A stretch of 36,515 bases of DNA from NCBI GenBank assembly GCA_046293555.1, contig JBKBOT010000015.1, positions 261 to 36,775 on the forward strand, read 5' to 3'. This document shows, piece after piece, positions 1 to 10,157 of the stretch. Each line of letters begins with the position of its first letter. Position 1 is the first letter of the stretch. The position numbers and the translations under genes are program-made. This DNA comes from Pyrobaculum sp. (lineage in GTDB: Archaea; Thermoproteota; Thermoprotei; Thermoproteales; Thermoproteaceae). The notes under the pieces were generated by a model, which worked only from the letters and a program-made list of their open reading frames with translations, was not told where the DNA came from and did not search any database.

Positions 1-809
1 GGCGGCACTGCCGCCGCTAGTTGCCTATGTCTGCTCTTGTCGCGATATCTGGCGCTTATGTGCGTTAGAATCAACACGGTGGCCCTCATGGCTCTAGCTG
101 CCTCCACCGCGTCTGCCACAGTGGAGTGCCCCTCTGCGTGTACTTTCTCCACGTTGACGTCATCTGCAAAAGTGGCCTCGTGAATCAAGACGTCCACCTC
201 TCCTACCTCTCTCCACATCTCCGGACAGGGGGCCGTGTCGCCAGTATATAAAAGGCGGCGGAACCTCTTGTGGCTGGGGTCAGCCACCTCTTCTGGCGTG
301 ACGACGCGGCCCCCCACCTCCACCGGCCTCCCCCGTATTAAGTCCGTCAAAGCCCACCTGGGGAGCCCGGCCGCCTTCTGTAAATCCAGTCTATACCCCA
401 CATCCCACTCGAAAAGCCACCCACATGCGTCAACCGTGTGGCATACCTCCACACATCGGATTTTCAGCCTCTCTGCCTCCAGCCTGTCGGAGACGGGGAC
501 CCCCAGTCTTGACAAAACTCCGTGCATAGACCTAGGCGCCAGCACCTCTAGCCTCCCGCCGAGAAGACGGCTTGTCACCACAAGCCCCGGGAGGCCTAAC
601 ACGTGGTCCTCATGGCTGTGTGTCACCACCACTAGTTTCAACGAGGCTGGGGAGACGCCGAAACGTAAAAGTCTGTACTGACAGCCCTCGCCCGCGTCTA
701 ACAACACCCTGTGGCCCAGCCAGTCCTCTAGATATGTCGCGGGGAGCATCCTGTCGCCTCTAGGCACCGCCCCCCCGGTCCCTAAAAACGCCAGTTTGAG
801 CAAAGGCAC
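1..809 (-). CDS. rnz: Ribonuclease Z (tRNA 3' processing), 3' end outside window
   Basis: Manual translation from GTG at 809: MPLLKLAFLGTGGAVPRGDR...VLLDAGEGCQYRL...VTHSHEDHVLGLPGL; metallo-beta-lactamase HxHxDH motif, later YTGDT and IHEATF motifs. Absent from the ORF track because it runs off the edge. Confidence 0.93.
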   Translation of the reverse strand, partial: MPLLKLAFLGTGGAVPRGDRMLPATYLEDWLGHRVLLDAGEGCQYRLLRFGVSPASLKLVVVTHSHEDHVLGLPGLVVTSRLLGGRLEVLAPRSMHGVLSRLGVPVSDRLEAERLKIRCVEVCHTVDACGWLFEWDVGYRLDLQKAAGLPRWALTDLIRGRPVEVGGRVVTPEEVADPSHKRFRRLLYTGDTAPCPEMWREVGEVDVLIHEATFADDVNVEKVHAEGHSTVADAVEAARAMRATVLILTHISARYRDKSRHRQLAAAVP

Positions 810-832
810 GGAGAATTTGCCACGTATTAAAA

Positions 833-1519
833 TTACAGATGGCGCCGCGTCTTGTAGAGCGACACGATCTCCTCTAAGGTGAGCTGAAAGACCCGCCTTT
901 CTGTATCCGCCAGTTTAAGCCGCCTTAGGGTTTTCCTCCTGTGTGAAAAAAGCCAGGCGGTAAACTTTTGGAATTCCTGAAATTCCTCCACGCATGGGGC
1001 TTTTGGCGTCAGCCGTATTGCTGTAGACCAGACTTTCGGCGGGGGCGTAAAGACCGTGGGGGGGAGGTGGCGTAATGTCTCCACCTCGTAGTGACACCGC
1101 ACAGCCACGGTCAGCCTGCCGTAATTAGGGCTGCCGGGACCTGCGGCAAGTCTTTCCGCAACCTCTTTCTGCACCGTGATGACAGCTGGAAGTCTGTATT
1201 CCACAAGTCTCATGAGGAGAGGCGATGTTATGGAGTAGGGCATGTTGGAGACAAAGTAGTCCACCTTGGGCCACGGGACTTTTAACGCATCTCCTTCAAT
1301 CACCACCACGTTTGGAGGCACCCCCCTCCTCAAGGCCTCCGCAAGACGTCTATCTACCTCTATGACGTAAAGTAGCCTTGCCCGACGTGCTAACGGCAGG
1401 GTGAGTGCCCCCCTGCCCGGCCCCACTTCTAGCATGTCCACCCCGTGGGGGATCTGCCCTGCGATAAACTCCGCCACGCTGGCGTCCCGCAGGAAGTGTT
1501 GCCCCCAGCGACGTCTCAC
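833..1519 (-). CDS. rsmA: 16S rRNA m6,2A dimethyltransferase (KsgA/RsmA/Dim1)
   Basis: N-terminal GQHFL, SAM motif LEVGPGRGALT, SNMPYSITS, QKEVAERL, YGRLTV, FTPPPKV. Confidence 0.95.
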   Translation of the reverse strand: MRRRWGQHFLRDASVAEFIAGQIPHGVDMLEVGPGRGALTLPLARRARLLYVIEVDRRLAEALRRGVPPNVVVIEGDALKVPWPKVDYFVSNMPYSITSPLLMRLVEYRLPAVITVQKEVAERLAAGPGSPNYGRLTVAVRCHYEVETLRHLPPTVFTPPPKVWSTAIRLTPKAPCVEEFQEFQKFTAWLFSHRRKTLRRLKLADTERRVFQLTLEEIVSLYKTRRHL

Positions 1520-1547
1520 GAATTTATATATCTCGAAACTTTAAAAT

Positions 1548-3362
1548 GTGGACTATGGGGCCTTGGGGCTTAAGACCGGCTTAGAGATACACATACAGCT
1601 TAACACCGCCAGGAAGCTGTTTTGCCGCTGTCCGCCAGTGTTGAGAGACGACGAGCCGCATTTCCGCGTGGAGAGAAAACTCCACATATCTCTAAGCGAG
1701 CTGGGAGCAGTGGACCCGGCGGTGGTGTGGGAGGTGAGGAAAAAGAGGCGATATGTCTACGAGGGCTATCGCGATACCACATGTCTGGTGGAGCTAGACG
1801 AGGAGCCCCCGCATTACCCAGATGAAGAGGCTTTAGCCACGGCGGTGGCTGTGGCGAGGATTTTTAACGCCAAGCTTTTCGACGAGATTCACGTCATGAG
1901 GAAAACCGTGGTGGATGGCTCCAACGTCTCTGGCTTCCAGAGGACAATGTTAGTGGCCTATGGGGGCAGGAGGAGGATATTGGGTTACGACATAGGCGTG
2001 GAGACCATAGCCCTTGAGGAAGACGCCGCCCGTAAGATGGGGGAAGAGGGGAAGGCGGTTTACTACAGGCTAGACAGACTGGGGGTGCCGCTTGTGGAGA
2101 TAGCCACAGAGCCCATGTCATACAGCCCACAGCAGGTGGGCGAGGTGGCGTGGATAATTGGCTATAGCGTAAAGATTACCGGCAGGGCGAGGAGGGGGAT
2201 AGGCACCGTGAGACAAGACGTAAATGTCTCTATCGCAGGGGGGGCTAAGACCGAGATAAAGGGGGTGCCAGACCTCTCGCTAATCCCAAAGGTGGTGGAA
2301 TACGAGGCGGCGAGACAGCTAAACCTCTTGAAGATGGCAGAGGAGCTTAAGAAACGGGCCGTGGGGGAGTTTTCCACAGTAGACGTGACCCCCGTCTTTC
2401 AGAACGCCAGGTCTAAAATCGTCCGGAGGGTTCTCGACGCTGGGGGATATGTGATTGCCGTAAAGACGCCCGGCTTTCAGAAGCTGCTAGGTTTTGAGAT
2501 ACAGCCCGGGAGGAGGTTTGGCACAGAGCTGGCAGATTACGTCAGGGCGTGGACCGAGCTGGGCGGGTTGCTACATAGCGACGAGCTGCCGGGATATGGG
2601 ATATCTGGAGAGGAGGTTAGAGAGGTGGCGGCAAGAGCTGGGGAAAGCTTTGTGTTGCTCATGGGGGTCGACCTGAGGGAGCTAGAGGAGGCTGCAGAGG
2701 TGGTGGCGGCCAGGCTTAGACAAGCCCTCGTGGGGGTGCCGGAGGAGACCAGGGCTGCCAACCAGGATGGCACCACTAGGTTCTTAAGGCCCAGGCCTGG
2801 CGCCGCGAGGATGTACCCAGAGACAGACCTGCCGCCCGTCAGGATAACCTTTGAGATTTTGAAAAAAGCCGAGGAGGTCGCCAAAGTGAGCCTTGAGGGC
2901 AAGCTGGCGGAGTTAACCTCTATGGGGCTTAGTAGGGACTTGGCGCTTCAGTTAATAAAGTCGCCACATCTCGAGAGGTTTGAGGAATATGTCTCCCGTT
3001 TTGCAGTACAGCCCCCCCTAGTGGCCACAATACTTATAAACATCTCTAAGGCGTTGGCTAGAGAGGGGGTGGAGGTCACCGAGGAGAAGATAGCCTCTGT
3101 GTTAGAGGCACTGCAGAAAAAGGTCATCACAAAGGAGGCGGTGGAAGAGGTGTTACGTAACATGAAGCCCGGCGAGAGGGCTGACGAGGCGGCCAAGAGG
3201 CTGGGGCTGGTGAGGCTCTCTAGAGAGGAGGTGAGAAAAATAGTGGAGCAGGTGGCGAGAGAGGTGGGGAGAGAGAAGGCCTTGGGTGAGGTGATGCGGA
3301 GGTATAGGGGGCGTGTGGACGTGGAAGACGTGAGACAAGTTCTCTCTGAGTTATCTTTTTAA
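1548..3362 (+). CDS. gatE: Glutamyl-tRNA(Gln) amidotransferase subunit E
   Basis: GLKTGLEIHIQL, KLFCRCP, RKTVVDGSNVSGFQRT, LEEDAARK, RLDRLGVPLVEI, RQDVNVSI, RPRPGAARMYPETD. Confidence 0.96.
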   Translation: MDYGALGLKTGLEIHIQLNTARKLFCRCPPVLRDDEPHFRVERKLHISLSELGAVDPAVVWEVRKKRRYVYEGYRDTTCLVELDEEPPHYPDEEALATAVAVARIFNAKLFDEIHVMRKTVVDGSNVSGFQRTMLVAYGGRRRILGYDIGVETIALEEDAARKMGEEGKAVYYRLDRLGVPLVEIATEPMSYSPQQVGEVAWIIGYSVKITGRARRGIGTVRQDVNVSIAGGAKTEIKGVPDLSLIPKVVEYEAARQLNLLKMAEELKKRAVGEFSTVDVTPVFQNARSKIVRRVLDAGGYVIAVKTPGFQKLLGFEIQPGRRFGTELADYVRAWTELGGLLHSDELPGYGISGEEVREVAARAGESFVLLMGVDLRELEEAAEVVAARLRQALVGVPEETRAANQDGTTRFLRPRPGAARMYPETDLPPVRITFEILKKAEEVAKVSLEGKLAELTSMGLSRDLALQLIKSPHLERFEEYVSRFAVQPPLVATILINISKALAREGVEVTEEKIASVLEALQKKVITKEAVEEVLRNMKPGERADEAAKRLGLVRLSREEVRKIVEQVAREVGREKALGEVMRRYRGRVDVEDVRQVLSELSF

Positions 3363-3380
3363 GTATATTATTTAGCAGAT

Positions 3381-4610
3381 GTGATGACAAAAATTTACAT
3401 AGCGACAGACGTGTTGGGATTTTTTGCGGTAGATGAAGAGGGGAGGGTAATAGACAGGGAGTTATTTGAGAGAAAGGCCGAGGTGGCTGCCTCTAGGTTG
3501 ATAGAACTGGAGAAATCTAACCCAGTGCCGGAGTTATTAAGGCTTATAGAGAGGGTTAGGCCAAAGGCGGGAAAAATCGTGGTGGAGGACCCGGAGCTCG
3601 CCAGAAAGCTCGTCTCGACGCTAGGCGGCGGGGAGATTGTGGCAGAGAGCCCGGGCCCGGCGCTTGTGAAGATGAGAGGCGAGTTTGTGAAATATCTAAA
3701 CGAGGTGGGCCTCACCTGGGAGGAGTACAGAAAGTTCCTTTTTGAGACCAGTGACTTGGTGACAAGACTTAAACTACGGCAGGCGGTAGAGAAGAGGGAT
3801 CTCTACATCGCGCAGGCTATCAGCACGCTTGACGATGTGGATAAGATACTTAACCTAATCGCCTCGCGAGTCAGGGAGTGGTATGGCCTACATTTCCCAG
3901 AACTTGAAGAACTTGTGAGAGACAACAAGGAGTACATAAAGATAGTTTACCACATAGGCCACAGGTCGGAAATAGGCGAGGAGGTGTTAAAAAAAGTGCT
4001 GCCAGAAGTCCCTGAAGATAGGGCCAAGAAGATTTTAGAGTCTGCCAAAAGGAGTATTGGCGCCGAGATGACACAATGGGATCTCGACCAGATTAAAGCC
4101 TACGCAGAGGCTTTCCTCAAGCTAGATGGCTACAGGGAGGCGCTGTCGACATATATCGACGAGGCTATGAAAGAAGTGTCTCCAAACGTCAGAGAGCTGG
4201 TGGGGCCCCTCCTGGGCGCCAGACTTATCAAGCTGGCGGGTGGCCTCGCCAGGATGGCCTTCCTGCCGGCCTCCACCATACAGGTGCTAGGCGCCGAGAA
4301 GGCGTTATTTAGAGCTCTCCGCACTGGCGGCAAGCCGCCTAAACATGGGGTGATATTTCAATACCCAGATATCTTCAGGTCGCCGCGGTGGCAGAGAGGC
4401 AAGATAGCCAGAGCGCTGGCGGCGAAATTGGCCATAGCCGCGAAGGCCGACGCCTTTACTGGAAATTTCATCGCGCCGCGGCTTAAAGAAGAGCTCCTGA
4501 AGAGAATACAGGAGGTGAAAACTCTATACGCCAAGCCGCCCCCCAAGACGCCACAGCCCCCGAGACCGCAGCCAAAAGGCGAGAGGAGGCCCCGCCCCAA
4601 GCGGCGGTAA
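3381..4610 (+). CDS. nop5: C/D box sRNP protein Nop5 (Nop56/58)
   Basis: REWYGLHFPEL, PASTIQVLGAEKALFRAL, PPKHGVIFQ, RGKIARALAAKLAIAAKAD; adjacent to fibrillarin. Start GTG 3381 or ATG 3384. Confidence 0.96.
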   Translation: MMTKIYIATDVLGFFAVDEEGRVIDRELFERKAEVAASRLIELEKSNPVPELLRLIERVRPKAGKIVVEDPELARKLVSTLGGGEIVAESPGPALVKMRGEFVKYLNEVGLTWEEYRKFLFETSDLVTRLKLRQAVEKRDLYIAQAISTLDDVDKILNLIASRVREWYGLHFPELEELVRDNKEYIKIVYHIGHRSEIGEEVLKKVLPEVPEDRAKKILESAKRSIGAEMTQWDLDQIKAYAEAFLKLDGYREALSTYIDEAMKEVSPNVRELVGPLLGARLIKLAGGLARMAFLPASTIQVLGAEKALFRALRTGGKPPKHGVIFQYPDIFRSPRWQRGKIARALAAKLAIAAKADAFTGNFIAPRLKEELLKRIQEVKTLYAKPPPKTPQPPRPQPKGERRPRPKRR

Positions 4611-4639
4611 GTATATAAAAAAGTGGCATAGGGCCCACT

Positions 4640-5344
4640 ATGGCTGTAGAAGTAGTTGAGGTAAGGCCACATCCCCTCCACCACGGCGTCTATATCGTCA
4701 AGTTTGAAGACGGGGTGGAGAGACTCGCCACAAAAAACTTGACGCCGGGCAGAAGGGTATATGGAGAGAGGTTAATAAAGTGGGGCGGGGTGGAATACAG
4801 GGAGTGGAATCCCTATAGGTCTAAACTTGCCGCCGCCATCTGGAATGGGCTTAGGTTTGTGCCTATTAGAGAGGGTACACACATGTTATACCTAGGCGCC
4901 GCCTCTGGCACTACCCCCAGCCACATAAGCGACATGGTGGGAGAGAGTGGGGTCATATATTCTGTAGAGTTCTCCCCAAGAGTCTTTAGGGAGTTTGTAG
5001 AAAAGCTGATAGATCAAGGCAGGAGAAATCTAGTCCCCATCTTGGGGGACGCCAGATTTCCCTACCAGTATGCCCACTATATAAAGGGGGTAGACGTGGC
5101 ATATATCGACGTGGCGCAGCCAGCACAGGCGAAAATACTGGCCGACAACGCTGACTACTTCCTAAAGCCGGGTGGACACGTCATGTTGGTAATAAAGGCC
5201 ATGAGTATAGACGTCACTGCGCCTGCCAGCGAGACGTTTAAACAAGAGATAAACACGCTAAAAGAACGCAGATTTGAGATATTGGAGACAGTACATCTAG
5301 AGCCTTACGACACGGCACACGCCATGGTGATAGCTAGGAGGTAG
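4640..5344 (+). CDS. flpA: Fibrillarin-like rRNA/tRNA 2'-O-methyltransferase
   Basis: [60 protein letters not shown]. Confidence 0.97.
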   Translation: MAVEVVEVRPHPLHHGVYIVKFEDGVERLATKNLTPGRRVYGERLIKWGGVEYREWNPYRSKLAAAIWNGLRFVPIREGTHMLYLGAASGTTPSHISDMVGESGVIYSVEFSPRVFREFVEKLIDQGRRNLVPILGDARFPYQYAHYIKGVDVAYIDVAQPAQAKILADNADYFLKPGGHVMLVIKAMSIDVTAPASETFKQEINTLKERRFEILETVHLEPYDTAHAMVIARR

Positions 5345-6377
5345 ATAGGTACTCCTCCACAGACGCCGCAACCTTCATGCCGGAAGCCAGAGCCTTTCCA
5401 ATTAGAGAAGGCCCCGTCACCACGTCGCCCGCGGCAAAGACCCCCCTCCTTGTGGTCGCCATGCGTCCATCTACCTTAATTGTGCCATCTGGGTTAAACT
5501 CTAGACAAGACCCAGGCGGGGTGGGCTCCTCCCCGGCGGCAATTAGGGCGGTGTCGAACTCTTCTTCAAACTCGCTGCCCGGTACGGGCTCTGGCCTCGG
5601 CCTGCCGGATCTGTCTGGAGGGCCAAGCCTCATTTTTATAAACTGTACTCTCTCCAGCCTCCCCCCGCCGAGAAATGCCGTGGGGGTTATCAACTCTCTA
5701 AACTCGATGCCCTTTCCGATCAGCTCGGCCTCTATTACCCTCCTGCCGGCCGGCGCCTCGTTGATAGTCCGCCTGTAGGCTACCACAACCTTTTCTGCCC
5801 CCTGTAGTTTTGCCTCCAGCGCCGCGTCTACTGCAGTCAAGCCGGCGCCTATTACCACCACCTTTTTCCCCGTGGGGTAGACAGCCTCCCTGGGGAGATA
5901 CCCCAGCTGGTGGGCGTAGAGCCTAAAGAGGTAGTCTAACGCCTTGTGTACCCCCGGCAGCTCTTCTCCGGGCACCCTTAGGGGGCGGCTCCTCCAGGTG
6001 CCGGTAGTTATCACAACCGCGTCGTATTTGTCTACCAGCTCCTCCAGGTTTACAAAACTTTTTGCTAATAGCAACGCCTCGTGTTCACCTGGCTTTTCGC
6101 CACAGTAGACAAATGTAGATGTGTAGAACCTAGCCCCCGCTGCCTCAAGCTCTCTCACGCCCTCTCTCACGCCGTCTTTTGGGACCCTGAATGAAGGTAT
6201 GCCGAACATCAACAGCCCGCCGGGCTCCGGCAGGGCGTCGTATATATGCACCTCGTGGCCGTTACATATCAAAACCCCCGCGGCGCCGAGGCCTGCAGGA
6301 CCCGCGCCGATAATTGCCACCTTTTTCCCAGTAGGCGGCTTTTTTGTTTCCAGCTTACATCTCAGCAAGAACCTCAT
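5334..6377 (-). CDS. FAD/NAD(P)-dependent oxidoreductase, GltD (glutamate synthase small subunit)-like
   Basis: [28 protein letters not shown], second Rossmann [28 protein letters not shown]; no N-terminal Fe-S cysteine region. Confidence 0.85.
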   Translation of the reverse strand: MRFLLRCKLETKKPPTGKKVAIIGAGPAGLGAAGVLICNGHEVHIYDALPEPGGLLMFGIPSFRVPKDGVREGVRELEAAGARFYTSTFVYCGEKPGEHEALLLAKSFVNLEELVDKYDAVVITTGTWRSRPLRVPGEELPGVHKALDYLFRLYAHQLGYLPREAVYPTGKKVVVIGAGLTAVDAALEAKLQGAEKVVVAYRRTINEAPAGRRVIEAELIGKGIEFRELITPTAFLGGGRLERVQFIKMRLGPPDRSGRPRPEPVPGSEFEEEFDTALIAAGEEPTPPGSCLEFNPDGTIKVDGRMATTRRGVFAAGDVVTGPSLIGKALASGMKVAASVEEYLSTS

Positions 6378-6404
6378 GGCATGTGAAACTTACCTGCTTT
6401 AAAG

Positions 6405-6959
6405 TTAACACACCTGTCTCATGTATTTAAAGCCCAGCGAGGTGCAGACAAAATCTAGACTTATCCGCACCGCATCGTTTATTGAGAGGTAGGAGGTGTC
6501 GAGAACCAGGTCGAAAATAGAGAGGTCTCGTATGTCTATACCATATATGGCCAGATATCTCCTCCTGTTTAACTCCTCACGTTCTTCCACCTCCCTAAGG
6601 GCCTCTTCAGGCTGGCGGCCGTCACGTATGGCAATACGCCGCGCTCTTACCTCCCTGTCGGCCTTTAGGTATATACACACGTCTGCATAGGGCTTTACCA
6701 GCCATGCGGTTAGGTGGCCTTCTAACACCACGTCGCCTTCTTTAGCCCTCTCTACGGCAATTGAGTCCACCATTTTGTCTATCTCGGCACGACTTTCGGC
6801 ATATTTATGAAACTGGAGGAAATCCATGCCGTATTTTGCTGCCAACTCTCTGAAAATACTGCCGGAGGAGGCCATGGGTAGCTTTAAGATGTTTGCAATC
6901 TCTCTGGCGATGGTGGTCTTCCCGCTGCCGGGCTGGCCAGATACGGCGATAACTACCAT
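6405..6959 (-). CDS. cmk: Cytidylate kinase (archaeal type)
   Basis: [15 protein letters not shown]-loop, [28 protein letters not shown]; linked to rpl34e. Confidence 0.93.
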   Translation of the reverse strand: MVVIAVSGQPGSGKTTIAREIANILKLPMASSGSIFRELAAKYGMDFLQFHKYAESRAEIDKMVDSIAVERAKEGDVVLEGHLTAWLVKPYADVCIYLKADREVRARRIAIRDGRQPEEALREVEEREELNRRRYLAIYGIDIRDLSIFDLVLDTSYLSINDAVRISLDFVCTSLGFKYMRQVC

Positions 6960-7168
6960 TTACGTACGGCGTTTTTGATAGCTCTCGCCAGCACCTTATG
7001 TGAGAAAACCCCCCCGTATGGCCTATTTGCCTCTGGGATAGATAACCCCGTGACTGGACATCGGCGGCCTTTATCTCTCCTTCTCTCGTAATGTGTCACA
7101 GTCCTACCTCCCGGCGTTCTTGTCGCCACCCTTCTGATGCCTTTAGATCTATAGGCCGGCCTGGGCAT
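6953..7168 (-). CDS. rpl34e: 50S ribosomal protein L34e (short form)
   Basis: [26 protein letters not shown]; adjacent to cmk as in other archaea. Confidence 0.9.
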   Translation of the reverse strand: MPRPAYRSKGIRRVATRTPGGRTVTHYERRRDKGRRCPVTGLSIPEANRPYGGVFSHKVLARAIKNAVRKW

Positions 7169-7238
7169 GTGGGTTTAGAAACTTGTGTTTATATCTCTAG
7201 CTGGAAAAAATTTATTAAGGCTGGGGATAAGTTTGCAT

Positions 7239-8573
7239 ATGCCGTCTATAGTACTGCAACCAAAACCGTCGGCGTTACAAAAGCCACATTTAAACCTGGC
7301 GGTAGTGGGGCATATAGATAACGGCAAGTCGACACTAGTGGGTAGACTTCTCTACGAGACTGGATATGTGGACGAGAAGGCGTTTAAAGAGATTGAGGAG
7401 ATGGCGAAAAAGATGGGCAAGGAGGACTTCGCCTTCGCGTGGATTCTCGACAGGTTTAAAGAGGAGAGAGAACGCGGCGTAACCATAGAGGCCACACATG
7501 TGGGGTTTGAGACACAGAAGCTCTTTGTCACAATTATCGACCTGCCTGGCCACAGAGACTTCGTAAAAAACATGATAGTGGGGGCCAGCCAGGCCGACGC
7601 GGCTCTGTTTGTAATCTCGGCCCGCCCCGGCGAGTTTGAAGCTGCCATCGGGCCGCAGGGACAGGGGAGAGAACATCTCTTCCTCATAAGAACTCTCGGC
7701 ATACAGCAGGTGGTAGTAGCTGTAAACAAGATGGACGTAGTTAACTACGACCAGAAGAGATATGAACAGATAAAAGCCGAGGTGTCTAAACTACTTAAAC
7801 TACTTGGCTACGACCCCGGCAAGATATATTTCGTGCCTGTTAGCGCAGTAAAGGGCGATAACGTTAAGACCAGATCTCCCAACACGCCGTGGTACAACGG
7901 CCCCATCTTGCTGGAGGTCTTAGACACCTTCCAGCCGCCGCCCAGACCTGTGGACAAGCCGGTTAGAATGCCTATACAAGATGTCTTCACTATTACAGGC
8001 GTCGGCACTGTTGTGGTAGGCCGTGTGGAGACCGGCGTCCTTAAAGCTGGAGATAAGGTGGTAGTCATGCCGGCCGCCAAGACGGGCGACGTGAGGTCTA
8101 TTGAGACACATCACATGAAGTTAGAACAGGCACAGCCTGGCGACAACGTCGGCGTAAACGTCAGAGGTATTGGCAAGGAGGATGTAAAACGTGGCGACGT
8201 GTTGGGAAAGACGGACAACATACCCACCGTGGCGGAGGAGATAGTGGCCCGTATTGTGATCTTGTGGCACCCCACAGCCATCGGGCCTGGCTACGCGCCG
8301 GTGTTACATATACATACAGCCACAGTCCCCGTACAGATCACAGAGCTTATATCTAAGCTAGACCCACGTACAGGCCAGGCGGTGGAGCAGAAGCCACAGT
8401 TTATCAAACAGGGCGATGTGGCTATTGTGAAAATCAAGCCGCTTAAGCCTGTAGTAGCCGAGAAGTTTAGCGACATGCCTCCACTAGGGCGTTTTGCCTT
8501 ACGCGACATGGGGAGGACTATCGCCGCTGGGCAGATTATTGAGGTTAAGCCAGCTGAGGTAAAGCTCAAATAG
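7239..8573 (+). CDS. tuf: Translation elongation factor EF-1alpha
   Basis: GHIDNGKST, ERERGVTIE, DLPGHRDFVKNMI, NKMD, LGRFALRDMGRT. Start moved to ATG 7239, ~27 nt after TTTATTAA. Confidence 0.97.
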   Translation: MPSIVLQPKPSALQKPHLNLAVVGHIDNGKSTLVGRLLYETGYVDEKAFKEIEEMAKKMGKEDFAFAWILDRFKEERERGVTIEATHVGFETQKLFVTIIDLPGHRDFVKNMIVGASQADAALFVISARPGEFEAAIGPQGQGREHLFLIRTLGIQQVVVAVNKMDVVNYDQKRYEQIKAEVSKLLKLLGYDPGKIYFVPVSAVKGDNVKTRSPNTPWYNGPILLEVLDTFQPPPRPVDKPVRMPIQDVFTITGVGTVVVGRVETGVLKAGDKVVVMPAAKTGDVRSIETHHMKLEQAQPGDNVGVNVRGIGKEDVKRGDVLGKTDNIPTVAEEIVARIVILWHPTAIGPGYAPVLHIHTATVPVQITELISKLDPRTGQAVEQKPQFIKQGDVAIVKIKPLKPVVAEKFSDMPPLGRFALRDMGRTIAAGQIIEVKPAEVKLK

Positions 8574-10122
8574 CCTCTTTTCTCAACCTCGGAGTCACCC
8601 CGCCGTGATTTGTCCACCGGCTTTCTACTGTGATAAATAGCGGCAGTGGCGCCGCCAGCCCGGTGACCACTGCTTCAGTCTCGTCGAGAGTTTTCAAGAT
8701 TCTGACGTCTTCTAGATGTTCTGCAACCGCAGAGACGTACCTAAGGTCCGTCGGGTTGATCATCCGCTTGAATATCTGCGTCATGGCTTGAGACGCCACG
8801 TCTTGATCTAACTTCGTGGGGCGTTGCGTGATTAGACACAGCCCGAGGCCGAACTTCCTGCCCTCTCTAGCTATCTTAGCCACATAGGGCCTACTTACCG
8901 AATGTGGAGACGCCGGCGCGAAGTTATGTGCCTCCTCTATGACTATAAACGCCGCCGTGTCTCTCCTCCTTGTGGCAGCCCTATATAGCTGGTCTAGAAG
9001 TACCGCCACGAAGATCTGTTGGTCTAAATCCTCAAGGCCGGAGACGTCGAAAATGTGGATTGATGGGGATAGGCAGGTTGGGGGGTCTATTAGCCTCAAC
9101 GGCTCTCCTAAATAAGTCTCACCATATTTCGTGATAAAGACTCTGCTGCCGTAAAAAAGCGCCTTGAGCCTCCCCTCGAGCCCTCTGACTGTCATCTCGC
9201 CGGCGAAGCCCGGAGGCGCCGCATGTCTCCCACCTTCCACCACCTCTCTCACCAGCTCCTCTATTGAGGTAAGCGGCTGCCTCTCCCCATAGCCAGTGGC
9301 GTGTTGCCACCCCTCTTCAAGTACTCTCCTCTGGGCGTCTGTAAGGCCGTAGGTCGCGTCTAAAATCTTCTCTAATGTGCGTAGAGGGAGGCTTCTGGGG
9401 TTTATCCCAACTCTGACGTAACTTCTCGACTTTCCGTATCTCTGCCTAAAGGCTTGGTCTATCGGCTCTGTGTCCACCTTGCCCACCACATATATCCGGA
9501 CTTTTTCTGCCACCCTTTCCCCCTCTCCGGCCGTGGGGATAGACATGGCTGAATACTCGCCGTGTGGGTCTAGCACTATTATGGGTATTTCCAACAGGCT
9601 TAACCTCTCTACCAGAACTCCCGCGAGCCAGCTCTTTCCAGCCCCCGTGCTTGCTAGTATCAAACAGTGGTGGGTCACAAGTCTCTCTGCGTCTATTTTG
9701 GCTGGTATCTCTGTCCCCCTTATCTTCCCTATGGCTATCCCCTCTTCTGGCGGGGCGAAAAATTCTTCTAGCTCCACTTCTGTCGCCATGTAGACATAGG
9801 TGAGTGGCTTTACGGGCTTCTGCGGCCTGTATATCTTCCTCCCCCTCCTGGCTCCCAGCACTAAGGCCTTAGCTTCTGTGTAGTATAGAGACTCCTCGAT
9901 GCCCAGAACGGCTTTTATCTCCTCTATGTTAGACTCGTCAAATTGTGCCAACAGCCTGGGGTCCGCCGCGGCGTTTTTATATCTCACAGCCACAACTCTT
10001 GACAACACTTTCGTCCCGTCGACGTCTGTAGAGACGAAGGTGCCTACATCTACCCTTCTGAAGGGCTTAAATATATAGTAATATATAGATGGCGACTTGA
10101 CCACTACGCCAATAGGGCTCAC
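8566..10122 (-). CDS. HerA/DUF87-family ATPase
   Basis: N-terminal HAS-barrel-like region, HCLILASTGAGKS Walker A, LDPHGEY, IVIEEAHNF Walker B, IAREGRKFGLG, ITQRP. Confidence 0.9.
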   Translation of the reverse strand: MSPIGVVVKSPSIYYYIFKPFRRVDVGTFVSTDVDGTKVLSRVVAVRYKNAAADPRLLAQFDESNIEEIKAVLGIEESLYYTEAKALVLGARRGRKIYRPQKPVKPLTYVYMATEVELEEFFAPPEEGIAIGKIRGTEIPAKIDAERLVTHHCLILASTGAGKSWLAGVLVERLSLLEIPIIVLDPHGEYSAMSIPTAGEGERVAEKVRIYVVGKVDTEPIDQAFRQRYGKSRSYVRVGINPRSLPLRTLEKILDATYGLTDAQRRVLEEGWQHATGYGERQPLTSIEELVREVVEGGRHAAPPGFAGEMTVRGLEGRLKALFYGSRVFITKYGETYLGEPLRLIDPPTCLSPSIHIFDVSGLEDLDQQIFVAVLLDQLYRAATRRRDTAAFIVIEEAHNFAPASPHSVSRPYVAKIAREGRKFGLGLCLITQRPTKLDQDVASQAMTQIFKRMINPTDLRYVSAVAEHLEDVRILKTLDETEAVVTGLAAPLPLFITVESRWTNHGGVTPRLRKEAI

Positions 10123-10157
10123 TTAGCTTATATCTCTCCGCCATATAAAGACTGGAG

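Noticed and set aside
235-763. Plus-strand ORFs of 148 and 63 aa
   Set aside because: Antisense shadows of RNase Z, which has clear motifs on the minus strand.
7185-7238. N-terminal extension of EF-1alpha in the ORF track
   Set aside because: It spans the promoter; ATG 7239 fits the TATA spacing and the expected N-terminus.
7308-7334. Unusual G1 loop GHIDNGKST in EF-1alpha (Asn instead of His)
   Set aside because: As I recall, this variant is shared by Pyrobaculum EF-1alpha proteins, so it is not novel.
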